Of a stretch of 37,859 bases of DNA, positions 8,608-18,197 are shown piece after piece. Under the pieces are notes generated by a model. That model had not been told where the DNA came from and searched no databases. It saw only the letters and a program-made list of their open reading frames with translations. Position 1 is the first letter of the stretch, and each line of letters starts with the position of its first letter. The stretch lies in IMG/VR virus record IMGVR_UViG_2541047757_000015. The stretch is one strand, 5' to 3'. The translations under genes were made by a program, and so were the position numbers. Source of the stretch: a virus. Taxonomy: Duplodnaviria; Heunggongvirae; Uroviricota; Caudoviricetes.

Positions 8608-9684
8608 TTACTTTGTAAGTTCTAGAACTCGTTGAGCCAGCCCTTTAAATTGTTCGTTAAAGGCGTCTCTGCTTGATTTCATTGTATTTAAGGCATGCCC
8701 AAATTGCCCTGAATCGCGAATTTGCTGATCACTGATGGAGAAAACAGGTGTCGCTAGTTGTTGGCTTATTGCGATTAATGAGTTGAAATCGGAAATATGC
8801 GCAAGATCATAGGCTGATAAATCTCCACTGACTGTTGTTTTGTTAATTGCATGTTGCACTTTATCTCGTGGAATTATGCAGGTAATTTTTTCTAGATTTG
8901 GCACTAAGATCGAATCAACAGCATCACGGATAGCTGCCATCCATTTTTCGAAAGATTTTACAGGTGCTCCTTTACGCGGCCTGTATCTCTGCTGAATCAT
9001 ACCTAGAAACTGCGGTGCATTTTTAATTGATTGTGAAGAGTTACCATCATTATTTTCTTTAAATAATGCTAATTCTTTGTGCCAGCGAGGTATATTTTTT
9101 GAGAGAGAGCGAATTGCTTGCCAGCAAAAAAAGTCTGGAGCTACAGGTACGATAAAATAGTCACTTGACATGAGAACTACTTCATTTAAACCTCCAACAT
9201 TAGGGCTGAGATCATAAAGAATGTAATCAATATTATTCTTCATGGCGATTAGCTGTAATATTTTTGGCAGGTTCCCTGGTATATTTCTTGTAGCAGGAAT
9301 ACCAGCAGCAATTTTTAGAGAAACACTTATCTGTGAATCTAAGTCCGAAACATCTAAATGTCCGGGAAGAAGCAGAAGGTTTTCATGCAGTGTAGGGTGT
9401 AATTTTCCCGTTTCTTTTTCAAGGTATGCTTCAGGTTGTCCGCCATTAATCAAATATTCTACAATAGGTCCAAGAGTTAAGTTATCTCTGCTAGAATAAA
9501 AAGAATCTAAACCCTCATCAATCTTTTCATAGCCAAGAACCATTCCTGTTAGATTACATTGCGAATCAAGGTCAACCATCAATACTTTCTTGCCTTCATC
9601 CGCAAGTGCCCATCCAAGATTGAAGGTTGTTGTGGTTTTACTTACCCCACCTTTATGATTAAAAAAACAAATTGATTTTGTCAT
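8608..9684 (-). CDS. ParA/MinD-superfamily ATPase with a long C-terminal extension; orphan, no ParB seen
   Basis: 358-aa ORF; deviant Walker A NHKGGVSKTTT at the N-terminus, A' motif VLMVDLDSQCN, Walker B-like ILYDLSP; directly downstream of cI on the same strand; AT-rich. Confidence 0.8.
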   Translation of the reverse strand: MTKSICFFNHKGGVSKTTTTFNLGWALADEGKKVLMVDLDSQCNLTGMVLGYEKIDEGLDSFYSSRDNLTLGPIVEYLINGGQPEAYLEKETGKLHPTLHENLLLLPGHLDVSDLDSQISVSLKIAAGIPATRNIPGNLPKILQLIAMKNNIDYILYDLSPNVGGLNEVVLMSSDYFIVPVAPDFFCWQAIRSLSKNIPRWHKELALFKENNDGNSSQSIKNAPQFLGMIQQRYRPRKGAPVKSFEKWMAAIRDAVDSILVPNLEKITCIIPRDKVQHAINKTTVSGDLSAYDLAHISDFNSLIAISQQLATPVFSISDQQIRDSGQFGHALNTMKSSRDAFNEQFKGLAQRVLELTK

Positions 9685-9854
9685 ATTTCTCTATCCTTTC
9701 GACCCCCAGCATATTGTAATTTACGCTGGGTGATTATTTTATATTGTTAATGATAATGTTTAATAAAAATAAGAGAGTAAAACAACTATTAGTAATAGCA
9801 CTTGCTTGATAAATATTATTTTTTCACCTTTAGTTCTATAGTCTAAACGAAGAA

Positions 9855-10616
9855 CTAAAGCCGGTTGTATTTAATTGATTCGTGTATCAATGCTTTGCCC
9901 ATAACATAAAGTTGATCTTGGGACTTCTCATCAATGTACCATTTCTCATAGGCTGGATTATCCGAAAGAACGGCGAGTTTGTTGCCTTGCATTTGTAGAC
10001 GTTTAACGTGGAACGTCTTACCATAAACGAAAGAGTAAACACCATCAGTTTGGAAGTTGCGAACAGAAATGTCGACAAACAGTCGATCTCCGGAAACTAG
10101 AGTAGGGGACATGCTGTCGCCATTTACAGTCATAACTTTAATATCATCTTGAGAACGATTACCGAAAAGAGAACGGGCATGCTCTGTTGTGAACTCAATG
10201 GCGTAGAGCACATCAACATAGTCTGAAAGCATATAGGTTCCAGGTCCTGCGCTAACGCTAAGATCCAAAACTTCTATCCTGTATACATCGGGTTTTGTTG
10301 GATTGGGGATGCTTGCCATTTCCTTACATCCTTCTCTCTCGCCAACACCATATTCTAAATATGAAGCTGATACCCCCAGAGCCAATGCAAGTTTATTCAT
10401 GACAGAGGCACGAGGCTTCGCAGCGCCGATTGTGTATCGCCGCGCCATTTCATATGTAACGCCCACAAGACTTTTGAGTTGGGTGACAGAAATTCCCTTG
10501 TTTGTCATTAGCTCGTTTAGTCTCTTGGCGAAATCTGGATACTTCTGTTCTTCTACCATAGGTAGAAGGTTACTCGCATCACATACGCTAGTCATTTCTA
10601 TTTTAAGTAGTTGCAT
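9855..10616 (-). CDS. CI-like phage repressor (N-terminal HTH plus C-terminal S24 LexA-like peptidase domain)
   Basis: HTH region GISVTQLKSLVGVTYEMARRY; Ala-Gly cleavage site (SVSAGPG); S24 motifs GDSMSPT and HVKRL; divergent from the cro-like gene. Confidence 0.85.
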   Translation of the reverse strand: MQLLKIEMTSVCDASNLLPMVEEQKYPDFAKRLNELMTNKGISVTQLKSLVGVTYEMARRYTIGAAKPRASVMNKLALALGVSASYLEYGVGEREGCKEMASIPNPTKPDVYRIEVLDLSVSAGPGTYMLSDYVDVLYAIEFTTEHARSLFGNRSQDDIKVMTVNGDSMSPTLVSGDRLFVDISVRNFQTDGVYSFVYGKTFHVKRLQMQGNKLAVLSDNPAYEKWYIDEKSQDQLYVMGKALIHESIKYNRL

Positions 10617-10633
10617 TCTGCTATTTTAAGTAG
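10598..10633. promoter_or_regulatory. Candidate right operator region: two direct repeats CTATTTTAAGTAG spanning the cI start and the cI-cro intergenic region
   Basis: Seen directly; shares the AAGTAG core with the palindrome at 8371..8389; cI-cro intergenic is only ~49 bp, so the cI transcript may be leaderless. Confidence 0.45.
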
Positions 10634-10665
10634 CATCATCCCTCTGAATTTCAGAGGAGAAAGGT

Positions 10666-10929
10666 ATGTCATCTCAAAACTACACAGAGAAAGCAGTAAA
10701 AGCTGCGGGAAAATCTTTATCTGAAGTAGCCCGTCACTTTGGTTTTAAGTCCACTCAATCCGTCGCTAATTGGGTAATTAACAATCAAGTCCCGTCAGAA
10801 CGGGTTTTACAACTTTGTGAGTTGGGAAACTGGTCCGTGACCCCTCATGAACTGCGTCCTGATATTTACCCCAATCCAAATGATGGATTACCTGAGTGCT
10901 ATTCAAAAGTTAGCGGTTCAGCTGCGTAA
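10666..10929 (+). CDS. Cro-like HTH regulator
   Basis: 87-aa ORF, ATG with GAGGAG ribosome-binding site; HTH LSEVARHFGFKSTQSVANW; divergent from cI. Confidence 0.75.
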   Translation: MSSQNYTEKAVKAAGKSLSEVARHFGFKSTQSVANWVINNQVPSERVLQLCELGNWSVTPHELRPDIYPNPNDGLPECYSKVSGSAA

Positions 10930-10957
10930 ACGTAACCACAGAAACGAGGAGTTAACC

Positions 10958-11509
10958 GTGGGTAAGCATCACTGGAAAATAGAAAAACAGCCTGAGTGGT
11001 ACGTGAAAGCTGTCAGAAAAACTATCGCAGCGTTGCCGGGGGGTTACGCTGAAGCTGCTGACTGGCTGGACGTAACAGAGAACGCATTATTTAACCGCCT
11101 TCGTGCCGATGGCGATCAGATTTTCCCGCTGGGATGGGCAATGGTTTTACAGCGTGCTGGTGGCACTCACTTCATTGCTGATGCTGTGGCGCAGTCTGCA
11201 AATGGCGTATTTGTGTCTCTTCCTGACGTCGAGGATGTGGACAACGCCGATATTAACCAGCGTCTGCTGGAAGTCATTGAACAGATCGGCAGTTATTCAA
11301 AACAGATTCGTTCAGCAATCGAAGACGGTGTAGTGGAACCGCATGAGAAGACAGCAATTAACGACGAGCTGTATCTCTCAATTTCGAAGCTGCAGGAGCA
11401 TGCAGCACTGGTCTACAAAATCTTTTGCATTTCAGAAAGTAATGACGCCCGCGAGTGTGCAGCTCCGGGCGCCGTGGCGTGTCGTGACTGTGGAGAAACT
11501 AACGCATGA
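10958..11509 (+). CDS. CII-like phage regulatory protein (possibly Phage_CP76 family)
   Basis: GTG start with GAGGAG ribosome-binding site just after cro; ~183 aa; position between cro and the replication genes; family assignment is from recollection only. Confidence 0.5.
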   Translation: MGKHHWKIEKQPEWYVKAVRKTIAALPGGYAEAADWLDVTENALFNRLRADGDQIFPLGWAMVLQRAGGTHFIADAVAQSANGVFVSLPDVEDVDNADINQRLLEVIEQIGSYSKQIRSAIEDGVVEPHEKTAINDELYLSISKLQEHAALVYKIFCISESNDARECAAPGAVACRDCGETNA

Positions 11510-11844
11510 ACAGTTTAACAACACACTACCGTCGCTCGCAACTGATTGCGCTTCCTGTACCGGGTGGAAAAGCGAAGGTGGAGTATTGCTATGCAGTGAA
11601 TGTACCAGGTGATAGGGAAATTGTAACCCACAGCTTTGCAGAGTGGGCTGTGGGTGATTTCAACCGGCAGAAGGAGACAGTCCTTTGCGACAAGTTAACC
11701 GCTGGTTCAAAGATCACTACGGAGTGCCCGTCAGAGTCATTCGTTGGGAGCCGGAAACACAACGGGTTATCTACCTCCGTGAAGGCTATGAACATGAATG
11801 CTTCAGTCCGCTCGAACAGTTTCGTCGTAAATTCAGGGAAATAG
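11506..11844 (+). CDS. Hypothetical ORF with ATGA-coupled start; C-terminal third is low-complexity and overlaps the next ORF in another frame
   Basis: ATG overlaps the stop of the CII-like gene; first ~60 codons are protein-like, the remainder is Ser-rich. Confidence 0.3.
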   Translation: MNSLTTHYRRSQLIALPVPGGKAKVEYCYAVNVPGDREIVTHSFAEWAVGDFNRQKETVLCDKLTAGSKITTECPSESFVGSRKHNGLSTSVKAMNMNASVRSNSFVVNSGK

Positions 11845-11897
11845 AGGTCGGTCATGAGCCTGTTAATGACATCCCAGCCCATTGTGATAAATCGTGA
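11685..11897 (+). CDS. Hypothetical small protein (70 aa), alternative frame to the 11506 ORF
   Basis: Protein-like composition throughout, but the ORF-track start is TTG; could be the true downstream part of a frameshifted gene. Confidence 0.3.
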   Translation: MRQVNRWFKDHYGVPVRVIRWEPETQRVIYLREGYEHECFSPLEQFRRKFREIEVGHEPVNDIPAHCDKS

Positions 11898-12846
11898 TCT
11901 TGCATGCCGTATTGGTCTGAATGAGGCAATTGTGTTGCAGCAGCTTCATTACTGGCTGAATGAAACGAATTCAGGCACTGAGCATGGCGGAATTCGCTGG
12001 GTTTATAACACGACAGAACAGTGGCTGGAGCAGTTTCCGTTCTGGTCAGAGTCCACTCTGAAACGCACATTTGCAAGCCTGAAATCACTTGGGGTTTTGC
12101 GTCGCGAGCAACTCAATAAATCGAAGCGTGACATGACCAACTTCTACACGATCAACTATGAAAGTGAGCTTTTAGAAGAGGTCAAAGTGAACGAATCCAT
12201 CAGGTCAAAATGCACTTCTCCATCGGGTCAAAGTGACCTGATGGATGAGCGCAAAATGACACGATCCATTGGTTCAAAACGACACGCTGTCATCGGGTCA
12301 AAATGGCCCAATGATCTTACAGAGAATACAACAGAGATTACTACAGAGAATAAAACCTCTTCTCGTCCGGACGCTTCGCAACCGGACACGCAGATGGCTG
12401 AACAGGATTTTTTAACTCGCCATCCTGATGCGGTTGTATTCAGCCCTAAAAAGCGCCAGTGGGGAACGCAGGATGATTTGACCTGCGCACAGTGGCTCTG
12501 GAAAAAAATCATCGCTCTGTACGAGCAGGCCGCCGAATGTGACGGCGAAGTGGTACGTCCTAAAGAACCGAACTGGACAGCCTGGGCAAACGAAATTCGC
12601 CTGATGTGTGTACAGGATGGGCGTACTCACAAACAAATCTGCGAGATGTACAGCCGCGTCAGCCGCGATCCGTTCTGGTGCCGTAACGTGCTCAGCCCGT
12701 CGAAGCTGCGGGAAAAATGGGATGAGCTTTCCCTGCGCTTATCGCCGTCCGTCAGCACGTACACAGAAAAACGCGAAGATCCGTACTTCAAAGCCAGTTA
12801 CGACAACGTGGACTACAGCCAGATCCCGGCAGGATTCAGGGGGTGA
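11854..12846 (+). CDS. Phage replication initiation protein (lambda O-like role) with origin iterons inside the gene
   Basis: 330-aa ORF, ATG with AGAGG ribosome-binding site; N-terminal HTH-type domain; internal iterons and AT-rich tract as in lambda ori. Confidence 0.75.
   Translation: MSLLMTSQPIVINRDLACRIGLNEAIVLQQLHYWLNETNSGTEHGGIRWVYNTTEQWLEQFPFWSESTLKRTFASLKSLGVLRREQLNKSKRDMTNFYTINYESELLEEVKVNESIRSKCTSPSGQSDLMDERKMTRSIGSKRHAVIGSKWPNDLTENTTEITTENKTSSRPDASQPDTQMAEQDFLTRHPDAVVFSPKKRQWGTQDDLTCAQWLWKKIIALYEQAAECDGEVVRPKEPNWTAWANEIRLMCVQDGRTHKQICEMYSRVSRDPFWCRNVLSPSKLREKWDELSLRLSPSVSTYTEKREDPYFKASYDNVDYSQIPAGFRG
12175..12360. repeat. Replication origin candidate: five ~22-24-bp-spaced iterons (consensus ..CATCrGGTCAAArTG..) followed by an A-rich ACAGAGA-repeat tract
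   Basis: Seen directly: AGGTCAAAGTGA, AGGTCAAAATGC, GGGTCAAAGTGA, TGGTTCAAAACGA, GGGTCAAAATGG, then ACAGAGAATACAACAGAGATTACTACAGAGAATAAAA. Confidence 0.55.
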
Positions 12847-12940
12847 TCATGAGTCTTTTGAATGAAGTTCAGAAATTCATTGAAGCCCATCCGGGGTGTA
12901 CTTCCGGAGACATTGCGGATGCTTTTTACGTGGGGGCTTA

Positions 12941-13594
12941 ATGAGTAATAAATATTGTCAGGCGCTGGTGGAGCTGCGGAACAAACCATCCCATGAACTG
13001 AAGGAGGTGGGCGATCAGTGGCGCACGCCGGACAGCATTTTCTGGGGAATTAACACCTTGTTTGGCCCGTTTGTTCTGGATCTGTTCACTGACGGTGATA
13101 ACGCCAAATGTGCCGCGTATTACACGGCGGAAGACAACGCGCTGGCGCATGACTGGTCAGAACGCCTTGCGGAGCTTAAAGGTGCTGCCTTTGGCAATCC
13201 CCCATACAGTCGCGCCAGTCAGCATGAGGGGCAATACATCACCGGCATGCGTTACATCATGAAACATGCCAGTGCCATGCGTGATAAGGGCGGGCGCTAT
13301 GTTTTCCTGATCAAAGCTGCCACCAGCGAAGTGTGGTGGCCGGAAGATGCGGACCATATTGCTTTTATTCGCGGGCGTATTGGTTTTGAACTGCCTGCCT
13401 GGTTTATCCCGAAAGATGAGAAGCAGGTGCCGACAGGCGCTTTCTTCGCTGGTGCTATTGCTGTTTTTGACAAGACCTGGAAGGGACCGGCAATCAGCTA
13501 CATCGGGCGCGATGAACTTGAGGCATGTGGTGAGGCCTTTCTGGCGCAGGTTCGCCAGCAGGCAGAAAAACTGGTCAGGGAGATGGTGGCATGA
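12941..13594 (+). CDS. Phage N6-adenine DNA methyltransferase (Dam-like, NPPY motif)
   Basis: Internal ATG (MSNKYCQ...); motif GNPPYS; ~217 aa; stop overlaps the rusA start. Confidence 0.8.
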   Translation: MSNKYCQALVELRNKPSHELKEVGDQWRTPDSIFWGINTLFGPFVLDLFTDGDNAKCAAYYTAEDNALAHDWSERLAELKGAAFGNPPYSRASQHEGQYITGMRYIMKHASAMRDKGGRYVFLIKAATSEVWWPEDADHIAFIRGRIGFELPAWFIPKDEKQVPTGAFFAGAIAVFDKTWKGPAISYIGRDELEACGEAFLAQVRQQAEKLVREMVA

Positions 13595-13980
13595 AGCTGA
13601 TCCTGCCTTTTCCGCCCAGCGTGAACACGTACTGGCGACACCCCAACAAAGGGGCGTTTGCTGGTAAGAGCCTGATAAGCGCGGCGGGGCGCAAATTCCA
13701 GAGCGCGGCGTGTGCAGCAATAGTTGAGCAGTTACGTCGTCTGCCAAAACCAACGTCGGCACCTGCTTCAGTGGAGATTGTGTTGTTTCCTCCGGATAAC
13801 CGGATCCGCGATCTGGACAACTATAACAAGGCGCTGTTTGACGCCCTGACCCACGCGGGTGTGTGGGAAGACGACAGTCAGGTGAAAAGAATGCTGGTGG
13901 AGTGGGGACCGGTTATCCCGGAAGGGAAGGTCGAGATCACTATCAGTAAGTACGAGAAAACGGCGGGTGCAGCCGCCTGA
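13591..13980 (+). CDS. rusA: RusA-type Holliday junction resolvase
   Basis: 129 aa; MKLILPFPPSVNTYWR ... DLDNYNKALFDALTHAGVWEDDSQV typical of RusA; ATGA coupling with the upstream gene. Confidence 0.85.
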   Translation: MKLILPFPPSVNTYWRHPNKGAFAGKSLISAAGRKFQSAACAAIVEQLRRLPKPTSAPASVEIVLFPPDNRIRDLDNYNKALFDALTHAGVWEDDSQVKRMLVEWGPVIPEGKVEITISKYEKTAGAAA

Positions 13981-13999
13981 TCAAGAGGAGAAACGAAGT

Positions 14000-14809
14000 A
14001 TGAATAATCTGATGGTCATTGATGGTATTGAAGTTCGTCGTGATGCTTATGGGCGTTACAGCCTGAACGATCTGCATCGCGCAGCAGTAGCATCTGGTGC
14101 AAATGCCAGAACCAAGGAGCCAGGAAAGTTTCTTTCCAGCCAACAAACTGTTGAACTTGTTCATGAATTGACCAACACCCAGAATTTGGGTGTTGACCCG
14201 GTGAGTGTGATTCATGGGGGAAATGAACGGGGAACGTATGTCTGCAAAGAACTGGTGTATGCCTATGCAATGTGGATCAGCCCGTCATTCCATCTGAAGG
14301 TGATCCGTACTTTCGACATGGTAACCAGCGCACCGGAAAAATTATCCGGACAGGCTGCTGACAAGATGCAGGCTGGTGTGATTCTGCTGGACTTTATGCG
14401 CCGGGAATTAAACCTGTCTAACTCTTCAGTGCTTGGTGCCTGCCAGAAACTCCAGGAGGCTGTTGGCTTACCGAATCTGGCACCGCGCTATGCCATTGAT
14501 GCTCCTGCTGATGCACACGATGGCTCAAGTCGCCCCACGCTGTCGCTGAGTGCACTGCTGAGGCAGTATGGTATCCGCCTGACGGCTAATCAGGCATATC
14601 ACCAGATGGTGACGCTGGGGATCGTTGAACAACGCGAACGATACAGCCGTACCGCGATTAACAACATCAAAAAATTCTGGTCGCTGACGGCGAAAGGCTG
14701 CATGTTCGGCAAGAACATCACCAGTCCTGCAAATCCGCGCGAGACGCAGCCGCATTTCTTCGAATCCCGATTCCCTGAGCTGTTAAAGCTGCTCGATACC
14801 GTTCATTGA
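14000..14809 (+). CDS. KilA-N domain protein / antirepressor-like
   Basis: Internal ATG with GAGGAG ribosome-binding site; N-terminal KilA-N-like region (MVIDGIEVRRDAYGRYSLNDLHRA ... YAMWISPSFHLKVI). Confidence 0.7.
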   Translation: MNNLMVIDGIEVRRDAYGRYSLNDLHRAAVASGANARTKEPGKFLSSQQTVELVHELTNTQNLGVDPVSVIHGGNERGTYVCKELVYAYAMWISPSFHLKVIRTFDMVTSAPEKLSGQAADKMQAGVILLDFMRRELNLSNSSVLGACQKLQEAVGLPNLAPRYAIDAPADAHDGSSRPTLSLSALLRQYGIRLTANQAYHQMVTLGIVEQRERYSRTAINNIKKFWSLTAKGCMFGKNITSPANPRETQPHFFESRFPELLKLLDTVH

Positions 14810-14810
14810 G

Positions 14811-15806
14811 GTGACCGTGAGAGCACTACTGACCCCTGAAATTGCCCCGCGTATGGGGATTGTATTGTTCAGGCCAGGTTCAGAGCTGATGCCCCTGTTT
14901 ATGCAGGGGCGTGTCCTGCTGGAGCCTGAGCCGGAACGTTATTCATCTTTCGCCAGTGGTGCCGTTCCGGCGGCATCACAACCGCTGGCGGATGATCCTG
15001 CCGTTCGGGCCGTGTTCCGCAATGAGGCAGTGATCCGTCGTGCTGGTGGCGTGGAATGTCTTGAAAGCTGGTTACTTCGTGAAAAGGGCTGTCAGTGGCC
15101 TCATTCCGACTGGCACAGCGAGAACATGACCACAATGCGGCACGCTCCGGGAGCAATTCGTCTGTGCTGGCACTGCGATAACCAGCTGCGTGACCAGTTC
15201 ACGGAACGGCTGGAATCAATGGCAACGGATAACTGTGCCCGCTGGGTGTTGTCTGTCGTGCGTCGGGATCTCGGTTTTGATGACAGTCACGTTGTGACAA
15301 TGCCGGAACTGTGCTGGTGGCTGGTTCGTAATGATTTGGCGGATGCCTTACCGGAAAGTGCAGCCCGTAAGGCACTGAGATTACCGAAGCCTGTTGTGCC
15401 ATCTGTCACCCGGGAAAGTGACCTTGTGCCTTCGGTTCCTGCCACCAGCATCATCCAGGATAAAGCGAAAAAGGTGCTGGCGCTGAAAGTGGATCCGGAG
15501 TCGCCGGAGTCTTTTATGTTACGCCCCAAACGTCGCCGCTGGGTTAATGAAAAGTACACGCGCTGGGTTAAGACGCAGCCGTGCGCATGTTGTGGAAAGC
15601 CAGCTGATGATTCCCACCACCTGATAGGCCACGGTCAGGGTGGAATGGGTACAAAAGCGCATGATCTCTTTGTGTTGCCTTTGTGCAGAAAGCATCACGA
15701 CGAGCTGCATGCGGATACCGTGACATTTGAAGAGAAGTATGGCTCCCAACTGGAGCTGATATTTCGTTTTATCGATCGTGCGCTGGCAATTGGCGTACTG
15801 GCGTAA
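14811..15806 (+). CDS. DUF968-family protein (YdfU-like), cysteine/histidine-rich C-terminus
   Basis: GTG start; C-terminal CACCGKPADDSHHLIGHGQGGMGTKAHD ... CRKHHDELH; sits just upstream of the Q-like gene as in Qin. Confidence 0.65.
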   Translation: MTVRALLTPEIAPRMGIVLFRPGSELMPLFMQGRVLLEPEPERYSSFASGAVPAASQPLADDPAVRAVFRNEAVIRRAGGVECLESWLLREKGCQWPHSDWHSENMTTMRHAPGAIRLCWHCDNQLRDQFTERLESMATDNCARWVLSVVRRDLGFDDSHVVTMPELCWWLVRNDLADALPESAARKALRLPKPVVPSVTRESDLVPSVPATSIIQDKAKKVLALKVDPESPESFMLRPKRRRWVNEKYTRWVKTQPCACCGKPADDSHHLIGHGQGGMGTKAHDLFVLPLCRKHHDELHADTVTFEEKYGSQLELIFRFIDRALAIGVLA

Positions 15807-15819
15807 GTGGAGAACGAGC

Positions 15820-16572
15820 ATGAACCTTGAAGCCTTACCAAAATATTACTCCCCAAAATCTCCAAAATTGAGTGATGCCGCACCGGCGACAGGCTCAGGT
15901 GGTTTAACGATTACGGATGTGATGGCTGCGCAGGGGATGGTGCAGTCGAAAGCACCGCTTGGGTTTGCCTTATTCCTGGCAAAAGCTGGCGTTCAGGATC
16001 CTCAGTTTGCGATTGAAGGTCTGCTCAATTACGCGATGGCACTGGATAACCCGACATTGAACAAATTGAGTGAAGAAATCCGGTTACAGATCATCCCTTA
16101 CCTTGTGAGTTTTGCCTTTGCTGATTATTCCAGGTCTGCGGCAAGTAAGGCTCGCTGTGAGCCTTGTGCTGGTACTGGATTTCATAATGTATTGCGCGAA
16201 GTGGTGAAATACTCCAGAAGCGGGGAGTCTGTTATCAAGGAAGAGTGGGTGAAGGAACTATGTCAGCATTGTCATGGTAAGGGAGAAGTCAGCACAGCGT
16301 GCAGAGGGTGTAAGGGTAAAGGTATTGTCCTGGATGAAAAAAGGACCCGGCTTCATGGCGCGCCTGTTTATAAGATTTGTGGGCGTTGCAATGGAAACCG
16401 GTTTAGTCGTTTACCAACGACACTGGCGCGGTGTCATGTCCAGAAGCTGGTACCAGACCTGACTGATTATCAGTGGTACAAAGGATATGCAGATGTCATT
16501 GATAAACTGGTTACAAAGTGCTGGCAGGAAGAAGCATATGCTGAGGTGCAATTAAGAAAAGTGACGAGATAA
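15820..16572 (+). CDS. Late-gene antiterminator Q-like protein
   Basis: Internal ATG with GGAG ribosome-binding site; zinc-ribbon cysteines (CEPCAGTG, CQHCHGKG, CRGCKGKG); followed by a strong terminator and then the late-region genes. Confidence 0.7.
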   Translation: MNLEALPKYYSPKSPKLSDAAPATGSGGLTITDVMAAQGMVQSKAPLGFALFLAKAGVQDPQFAIEGLLNYAMALDNPTLNKLSEEIRLQIIPYLVSFAFADYSRSAASKARCEPCAGTGFHNVLREVVKYSRSGESVIKEEWVKELCQHCHGKGEVSTACRGCKGKGIVLDEKRTRLHGAPVYKICGRCNGNRFSRLPTTLARCHVQKLVPDLTDYQWYKGYADVIDKLVTKCWQEEAYAEVQLRKVTR

Positions 16573-16675
16573 ATGATTTTCGCCGAAGATGGCGACGTAA
16601 TGCTTGCATTTTTCAAAAAATATGGATAAAATTTTTTCAACGATGGGCTTTATATACCCGACGTTAAGAAAAAGT

Positions 16676-16704
16676 AGAAAACCCGCTGATGAGCGGGTTT
16701 TTGT
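16676..16704. terminator. Rho-independent terminator, probably bidirectional (downstream of Q and of the convergent cspF)
   Basis: CCCGCT-GATG-AGCGGG stem-loop flanked by an A-run and a T-run. Confidence 0.6.
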
Positions 16705-16987
16705 GCTTTAGATAGGGTAATAGAGATGTTGAATCTCATTCCGGGATTCATGTTTATTTACTTATTATTTATCGGGTGACTTTGCCTGATGTTTAAAATG
16801 TTTTCTTCCAGTACTATGTCCCTAGATACAATGAGTCTGCATATTACATTATTAGCAGAGCTATTACGGTCAAAGTACAGCATAAGCTTTTAAAGCCAAT
16901 CAACCAGTCATCAAGACAGACGGGGTTATTCATGAAAACTCTCCATGTTTGATTCGATGGGGCCTGAAATTAAAGCTTTAATATAGC

Positions 16988-17200
16988 TCATGAAAGGTAA
17001 ACATTGGCAGCTGAAGGGCCACGCAGACCATTTATCCGGCAAAATTCCACGCGTAATCCGGTGGTAATTTCTTCTGCATCGCGGAGATTGAGCGCTGAAA
17101 CATGAAGCTGGACATCGATACGACCATCGGATGGGGTGATAAGACCCTTGCCGCTTTTGCCGTCAAAGGTTTTGACAATTCCTGTCATTTTACGGGACAA
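16988..17200 (-). CDS. cspF: Cold-shock protein family member (CspF-like)
   Basis: 70 aa, [26 protein letters not shown] ... cold-shock domain; matches my recollection of Qin CspF. Confidence 0.8.
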
Positions 17201-17500
17201 AAAAATTCCTTAATACTGATAACTGGGCGCACTATACACACGTTCCTGAAGAAAGCTATAGTTTTTTGATGGGGTTGAAGATGGCTGGATGTCTAAAATA
17301 AACATTGCTTCATATGTTCAACTATGCGTTAATGATTGCGTCGGTTTGAAGAACAGACGATATACGAAGTAGTTTACTAAAGCAGTTCTCATTTCAGGTG
17401 TTATTCACTTATTCCTTCTTTGAGTCTCTCCAATTAAGTACGAAGTCGTTTCTGTTATACAAGCCATTTATGCCGAAAGGCTCAAGTTAAGGAATGTAGA

Positions 17501-17716
17501 ATGTCAAATAAAATGACTGGTTTAGTAAAATGGTTTAACGCTGATAAAGGTTTTGGCTTTATTTCTCCTGTTGATGGTAGTAAAGATGTGTTTGTGCATT
17601 TTTCTGCGATTCAGAATGATAATTTTCGAACCTTGTTTGAAGGTCAAAAGGTTACCTTCTCTGTAGAGAGTGGTGCTAAAGGTCCTGCAGCAGCAAATGT
17701 CATAATTACTGATTAA
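17501..17716 (+). CDS. cspB: Cold-shock protein CspB-like
   Basis: 71 aa, [38 protein letters not shown] ... nucleic-acid-binding cold-shock domain. Confidence 0.85.
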   Translation: MSNKMTGLVKWFNADKGFGFISPVDGSKDVFVHFSAIQNDNFRTLFEGQKVTFSVESGAKGPAAANVIITD

Positions 17717-17994
17717 AATTCATAGTTTGTCTGTATACGATAACGAAGAAGGCTGATGCCTGAGTGGAGATACAGACAGAGTGGTGAATATTGGATCTCT
17801 TTAATAAATAGTAAGGAGGTCCAATACATGAAACAATGGCCAGCATATTTGGCAATAACTTAATCAGGAAAAGTATGCTAACCATTGTGGTGAAGTGCAG
17901 GTTTGCTGCATGAATAGTTTTACAGCAGAAGCTAACTGCTGGCATAGCAAAACAAAGTGCGTAAGTGGATGACTCCCACAAAAAGTACCACAAT

Positions 17995-18022
17995 ATTAAA
18001 CCCGCTCAGGCGGGTTTTTTAT
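17995..18022 (+). terminator. Rho-independent terminator
   Basis: CCCGC-TCAG-GCGGG followed by TTTTTTATT. Confidence 0.5.
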
Positions 18023-18197
18023 TATCTGCTTTAAATATGTTATTAAAATATAAAAAATACTTGTTACGAATAAAATCAATCAAGCTACAGCTTTAAGATT
18101 TGTCTGGAATACTTTGTTGCAATGAGGGCAGATCAAAAGGGCACCTTTTTGTACTCTTGAAAAACTGTGTTCTGACTCTTGGGTGCTGGATTTGCCC

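Noticed and set aside
12849-12941. 30-codon ORF between the replication gene and the methyltransferase
   Set aside because: Too short to support without homology; may be a real small gene but cannot be judged from sequence alone.
17706-17993. 95-aa minus-strand ORF downstream of cspB
   Set aside because: Hydrophobic low-complexity translation in an AT-rich intergenic region ending at a terminator; no ribosome-binding site.
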